This document shows, piece after piece, positions 60,484-64,000 of a stretch of DNA of 64,000 nucleotides; position 1 is the first letter of the stretch; each line of letters begins with the position of its first letter. The position numbers and the translations under genes were made by a program. The notes below the pieces were generated by a model, which worked only from the letters and a program-made list of their open reading frames with translations, ran no database searches and had not been told where the DNA came from. The stretch comes from a virus (taxonomy: Duplodnaviria; Caudoviricetes): the IMG/VR virus record IMGVR_UViG_3300031673_000001. One strand, given 5' to 3'.

Positions 60484-60862
60484 ATGAATCATGCTGGCAT
60501 TATGTAATCAAATTTATTAATGAACATGAAGATGGCGAAATATTAAATGCAACATCAATGCTTCATTACGTTAGAAAGCATAAACCAGAATATAAAAGAA
60601 AATATTATTACACGGGTATATATGACCATGTTGGAGTAGATGCTTTACCAGATCTAGTATACTCATATAGAGTTATATTAGAAAGACTAGGTTTTCTCAA
60701 ACACATAAAAAAAGGTTCGTGGATAAAAGTTAGAAGTTTTCCAGAACATATTAGTAGCTATAAAGCTAAAAAGATTGCATTTTCAAAGTTACCTTGGCAA
60801 GCATGGTTCATCCCTCCAGGATGGATAGTAGAAGGAAAAACTCAAAAATCAAAGGGGGGTTA

Positions 60863-61615
60863 ATGGAAGATGTAGCAGTAAATTTGCCCAATGGTGATAT
60901 TACAACAGATAAAGATAAATTAAATCAATTATTAGATTCAAGTTATCCTTTACTACAAAAATTTAGAGAGTTATGCCCTGGTTCTTATAAACACTCTCAA
61001 TCAGTATCTTCCATGGTGGAAGGAATATCACTATCACTAGGTTTAAACGTTACTTTTATGAAAGTAGCATCTCTTTATCATGATATTGGAAAAATGTTTA
61101 ATCCAAAATATTTCACTGAGAATCAGTTAGAAGATGAGAATATCCATGATAAACTAGATGCAAAAATTAGTTATCAATATATTTCAAGACATATTTCAGA
61201 TACTGCATTGATATTATTAAATGATGAAAACTTTCCAAGAGATTTGATTGAAATAATTACACAGCATCATGGTACAACTGTTATTAAATACTTCTTTGAT
61301 AAATCAGGAAGTGATATAGAAGACAACTTTAGATACAAGTCAAAGAGACCAAAAAAAATTGAATCCATGTTATTAATGATATGCGATTCTATAGAAGCTA
61401 AGTCAAGATCTCTTGTTCAAAGTGGTAACTTTGATCCAACTGAAACCATAGAAGAAACTATTAATAATCTTCTAAGTGATGGACAATTGGATGATGTTGT
61501 AATGAGACTTGGAGATTTACAAAAATTAAAAGACGGACTAGCAAAAGAACTAGAAGGAACCTACCAAAAAAGGGTTAATTATTCTAAAGCAAAAGATGAA
61601 GTAAAATCTGAATAA
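60863..61615 (+). CDS. stand-alone HDIG/HD phosphohydrolase of the PgpH (7TM-HD) type
   Basis: PGSYKHS, YHDIGKM.NPKYFTENQ, QHHGTT...YFF, FRY....P, MICDS.EA.SRSL; start re-assigned to ATG 60863. Confidence 0.85.
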   Translation: MEDVAVNLPNGDITTDKDKLNQLLDSSYPLLQKFRELCPGSYKHSQSVSSMVEGISLSLGLNVTFMKVASLYHDIGKMFNPKYFTENQLEDENIHDKLDAKISYQYISRHISDTALILLNDENFPRDLIEIITQHHGTTVIKYFFDKSGSDIEDNFRYKSKRPKKIESMLLMICDSIEAKSRSLVQSGNFDPTETIEETINNLLSDGQLDDVVMRLGDLQKLKDGLAKELEGTYQKRVNYSKAKDEVKSE

Positions 61616-61958
61616 TAACTCATACCATCTTGTGCCAGAAGATCCAAAATCCTGGGACTCCCATTTTTGAATGGATTAAGAGTCACCAGAAAGGATTCTT
61701 CTGGCACAACTTTATTGAAAGATATTATGGAGTGGATAGATATGCAACAGAAAAGAATATTAGTCATATTAGTATTTCTTTTTTTATTTATATCTTGTGC
61801 TAAAAAATATACAATTAATCACGATCATCCATATCATCCTTCTCCTGCTATAAAATATAACTGTCCATATGATAGCTGTCCCTATCCACCATTTTTTCAT
61901 GAACACAAAGGATATGGCAGACATCAACATGAATATAAAGGCGAATATGAATAATAGT

Positions 61959-62033
61959 GGCGGTGTATCCAAGTGGGAAGGAAGCTGACTGCAAATCAGT
62001 TATACGGGAGTTCGATTCTCTCCACCGCCTCCA
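61959..62033 (+). tRNA. tRNA-Cys(GCA)
   Basis: GCTGA-CTGCAAA-TCAGT, U73, CCA. Confidence 0.92.
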
Positions 62034-62046
62034 TTTAATTTTTAAT

Positions 62047-62125
62047 GGGATAGTAACTCAGCTAGGATTAGAGTAACTGACTTTTAATCAGTAAGTCGTG
62101 GGTTCGATTCCCACCTGTCCCACCA
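62047..62125 (+). tRNA. tRNA-Lys(UUU)
   Basis: ACTGA-CTTTTAA-TCAGT, CCA. Confidence 0.92.
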
Positions 62126-62463
62126 TTAAAACGACCCAGACACTCAGGACATCTTTCTAATAAATCCCTGAGTGCCTTATTTTTATCAACTTCCCAATAC
62201 TGTTTTTCTTGAGATAAATCTAAAATACAAGCACATTCTTCTTCACACATATCACTCTTATGATTATATCCTCTATTAATCATTTCTTCTTTCAAATCTT
62301 CATGTCTTTGATATAATACACGTGGTTCAAATAAATTATTCTTAAAATATCCATCTAATTTTTTTTGCTTCTTTAATGATCCGAGAAACATATGCATCTC
62401 TAAATGTTCCCCACATAAATGCTTCTGACACATAATCTTTGGATCACATAACCACATTCTCAT
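62068..62463 (-). CDS. pyrimidine-dimer DNA glycosylase (endonuclease V-like) family protein
   Basis: MRMW......C.KHL.GEH.E.H, RHE.L..EM..RGY.H; start re-assigned to 62463; 3' end overlaps tRNA-Lys antisense. Confidence 0.65.
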   Translation of the reverse strand: MRMWLCDPKIMCQKHLCGEHLEMHMFLGSLKKQKKLDGYFKNNLFEPRVLYQRHEDLKEEMINRGYNHKSDMCEEECACILDLSQEKQYWEVDKNKALRDLLERCPECLGRFNGGTGGNRTHDLLIKSQLL

Positions 62464-62464
62464 C

Positions 62465-62752
62465 TTACCAAGTTCCTTTCGCCTGTCTCTTCTTCCTTTC
62501 CATAGATAATTCAAGTCTTAATTTTGTAATACAAGTGTGCTTGATCTTGCCAGTTCTAAATCCAGTTCCTGTTAGATAGTTCATTACCACTCTTATCTTA
62601 TCATTAGATGTGCTAGATATGGGACCCAAATACTTTCTCAATCGAGCACAACACCATTCAGGATCCTCTTTCCATTTTCCTAAAAGACTCTTACGAACAG
62701 CTTGCCACTCTGGACTTTTAACCAATACATTTTTTGGATTTTCATCACTCAT
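62465..62752 (-). CDS. hypothetical protein
   Basis: 95 aa ORF with RBS. Confidence 0.6.
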   Translation of the reverse strand: MSDENPKNVLVKSPEWQAVRKSLLGKWKEDPEWCCARLRKYLGPISSTSNDKIRVVMNYLTGTGFRTGKIKHTCITKLRLELSMERKKRQAKGTW

Positions 62753-62761
62753 TATTATCTC

Positions 62762-63352
62762 CTATACAGTTACTCTCTTAAACCATCCCCTTGCATATTT
62801 TTTTTGCTTTGAATTACCATCCATATAATCCATATAATGTTGTCCTTGAAGTGTATTAAGCATTTTAACTAATACTTTTTCATCCCCACCTTTTTCACTA
62901 AGAGAATTAAGTGCGCTCAATGTTTTTTTACCAATTTTTCCATCCACCTCAAGTTCATCAAATAACTCACCATTTCTGTTCAGATAATTTAATGACCTTT
63001 GTAAGAATTTAGCAGCTCTAAGAACACCCAAATTTACACCAGTATCAAACATTTCTTCTGCTACTTCTTGTGAAAATTCATCAAGACAATTTATGTTCCA
63101 ATATTTATCTTTAAAAAAACTTGCAACTTCATTTTTAAGTCTAAGTGAATCATCTAAACTCTTTGGAAAATAAGGATCATATCTATGAAAATCAATAATT
63201 TCCCATCCATACCAATCAGGATTAAATTTTCTTGAAATTCCTTTATATGTTTCTCCTCCTGCATCATCCATATCATTTACATAACCACCTTCATTAATCA
63301 TTGTTTTTTCAAAAGCATCAATAAAACTCGACTTACAAATAGCGCTTTCCAT
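62762..63352 (-). CDS. endolysin, glycoside hydrolase family 108 with peptidoglycan-binding domain
   Basis: EGGYVND..DAGGET.KGI, FDTGVN.G, DG.IG.KT, GWF.RV. Confidence 0.9.
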   Translation of the reverse strand: MESAICKSSFIDAFEKTMINEGGYVNDMDDAGGETYKGISRKFNPDWYGWEIIDFHRYDPYFPKSLDDSLRLKNEVASFFKDKYWNINCLDEFSQEVAEEMFDTGVNLGVLRAAKFLQRSLNYLNRNGELFDELEVDGKIGKKTLSALNSLSEKGGDEKVLVKMLNTLQGQHYMDYMDGNSKQKKYARGWFKRVTV

Positions 63353-63618
63353 TACATAATTCCCCCAGACGGTTTAAAACTAACACCTATTCTGACCATT
63401 GAAATAATTTTTCTTGATCTCTTTAACTGATCAAACTTTTTCCAAAATTTCTGATTACCAAAAACCTTACGATAAATTGGGCAAGTTTCAGAATAATCAA
63501 TATAACCATTATCATTCACACAAACAGAACCACAAGCAAATGTACTATCTAACCAATAGTGTATCTTATTATATGTCAACCCACTTACCCTCTTCCAATT
63601 TACATCTATATGAATCAT
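63352..63618 (-). CDS. hypothetical protein
   Basis: 88 aa ORF coupled to the endolysin. Confidence 0.45.
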   Translation of the reverse strand: MIHIDVNWKRVSGLTYNKIHYWLDSTFACGSVCVNDNGYIDYSETCPIYRKVFGNQKFWKKFDQLKRSRKIISMVRIGVSFKPSGGIM

Positions 63619-63952
63619 CGTCAGAATGAGTCGTTGATACTTCTATAAATACACAACCATATTCTGTTTCTGATGTAAATCTATGTCTAATATAAGGTTT
63701 TATCCTGAATAATTCTCCGGGTCCTAAGATTTCAAATGTATGCTCCTCACCTTTAACATAATCAAGATGTAGAAATCCATCTAATACATAAAATGTCTCA
63801 TCTTTAATTTTGTGATAATGAAACTCACCCTTTGAAGACCATTTTTCAAAAGCAACATATATCTTCTTTCCACAATATCCAACATTCTCTTCATTGACAT
63901 TAGCAAACCAAATCTCATGTCCCCATGTTTTCTTCACAAATTCTCCTGTCAT
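63569..63952 (-). CDS. cupin-domain protein (sugar isomerase-like)
   Basis: KKTWGHEIW, HYHKIKDETF, HRF, EVST.HSD.DSYR. Confidence 0.8.
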   Translation of the reverse strand: MTGEFVKKTWGHEIWFANVNEENVGYCGKKIYVAFEKWSSKGEFHYHKIKDETFYVLDGFLHLDYVKGEEHTFEILGPGELFRIKPYIRHRFTSETEYGCVFIEVSTTHSDDDSYRCKLEEGKWVDI

Positions 63953-64000
63953 ATATCCTCCTTTGGTTTATTTAGAATCTTTTTTCCCCAAAACCCATAA

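Larger units (their letters stand above)
40142..62125 (+). other. tRNA array interspersed with small hypothetical ORFs
   Basis: 27 tRNA-like genes. Additional unassigned plus-strand ORFs: 40387-40734, 41489-41734, 41677-41892, 42136-42483, 43751-44029, 44054-44866, 45488-45838, 45822-46304, 47731-47982, 48063-48338, 48316-48654, 48651-48938, 49318-49560, 50757-51203, 51367-51738, 52000-52278, 52386-52592, 52620-52865, 53173-53439, 57532-57924, 57924-58121, 58105-58314, 58400-58948, 59246-59458, 59709-60065, 60480-60863, 61667-61954. Confidence 0.85.

Noticed and set aside
62068-62125. Functional antisense overlap of the endonuclease V-like gene with tRNA-Lys
   Set aside because: The C-terminal residues are simply the tRNA antisense; most likely a run-on to the next available stop.
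1-64000. CRISPR array, integrase, transposase, rRNA, tmRNA
   Set aside because: No regularly spaced repeat-spacer units or recognisable motifs; the repeats present are codon-level low complexity or gene paralogy.
1-64000. Genome-wide TAG recoding (genetic code 15)
   Set aside because: Long conserved genes are intact under code 11, and TAG ends proteins at plausible C-termini.

Overview
This window is an AT-rich segment of a large T4-like (gp23/gp20/gp21/gp41 lineage) lytic phage genome. No terminase, tail genes, integrase, rRNA or CRISPR array were seen. It has four parts. (1) 0.56-15 kb, plus strand: accessory genes including NADAR, metallophosphoesterase, TAXI receptor, RNase HI, a vWA / nicotinamidase-like / vWA(TerY-like) / PP2C / kinase cluster and ParB-like genes. 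(2) 15.4-26.5 kb, minus strand: head module with major capsid protein, prohead protease, portal, a scaffold-like acidic protein and five paralogous Cys-patterned putative internal head proteins. (3) 26.6-39.4 kb, mostly minus strand: DnaB-like helicase, TGT/DpdA-like transglycosylase, HslV-like peptidase, thymidylate synthase, GroES, ribosomal protein bS21, QueE, a family-4 uracil-DNA glycosylase fused to PolB, HNH, glycosyltransferase and PIG-L deacetylase. (4) 39.9-62.1 kb, plus strand: 26 tRNAs plus one degenerate tRNA, interspersed with RtcB, Nudix, a Pth2-like gene, REC-PAS-PAS, Fn3/LamG secreted proteins, ClpX-type zinc fingers and a stand-alone PgpH-type HD phosphodiesterase. A minus-strand endolysin block closes the window. 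The tRNA set includes an amber suppressor, Ile-UAU, a D-armless Tyr and tRNAs with extra-long variable arms. A recurrent AGAACA-N3-TATAAAT-like promoter motif and two unassigned structured RNAs were also found. All calls come from manual motif recognition; no searches were run.
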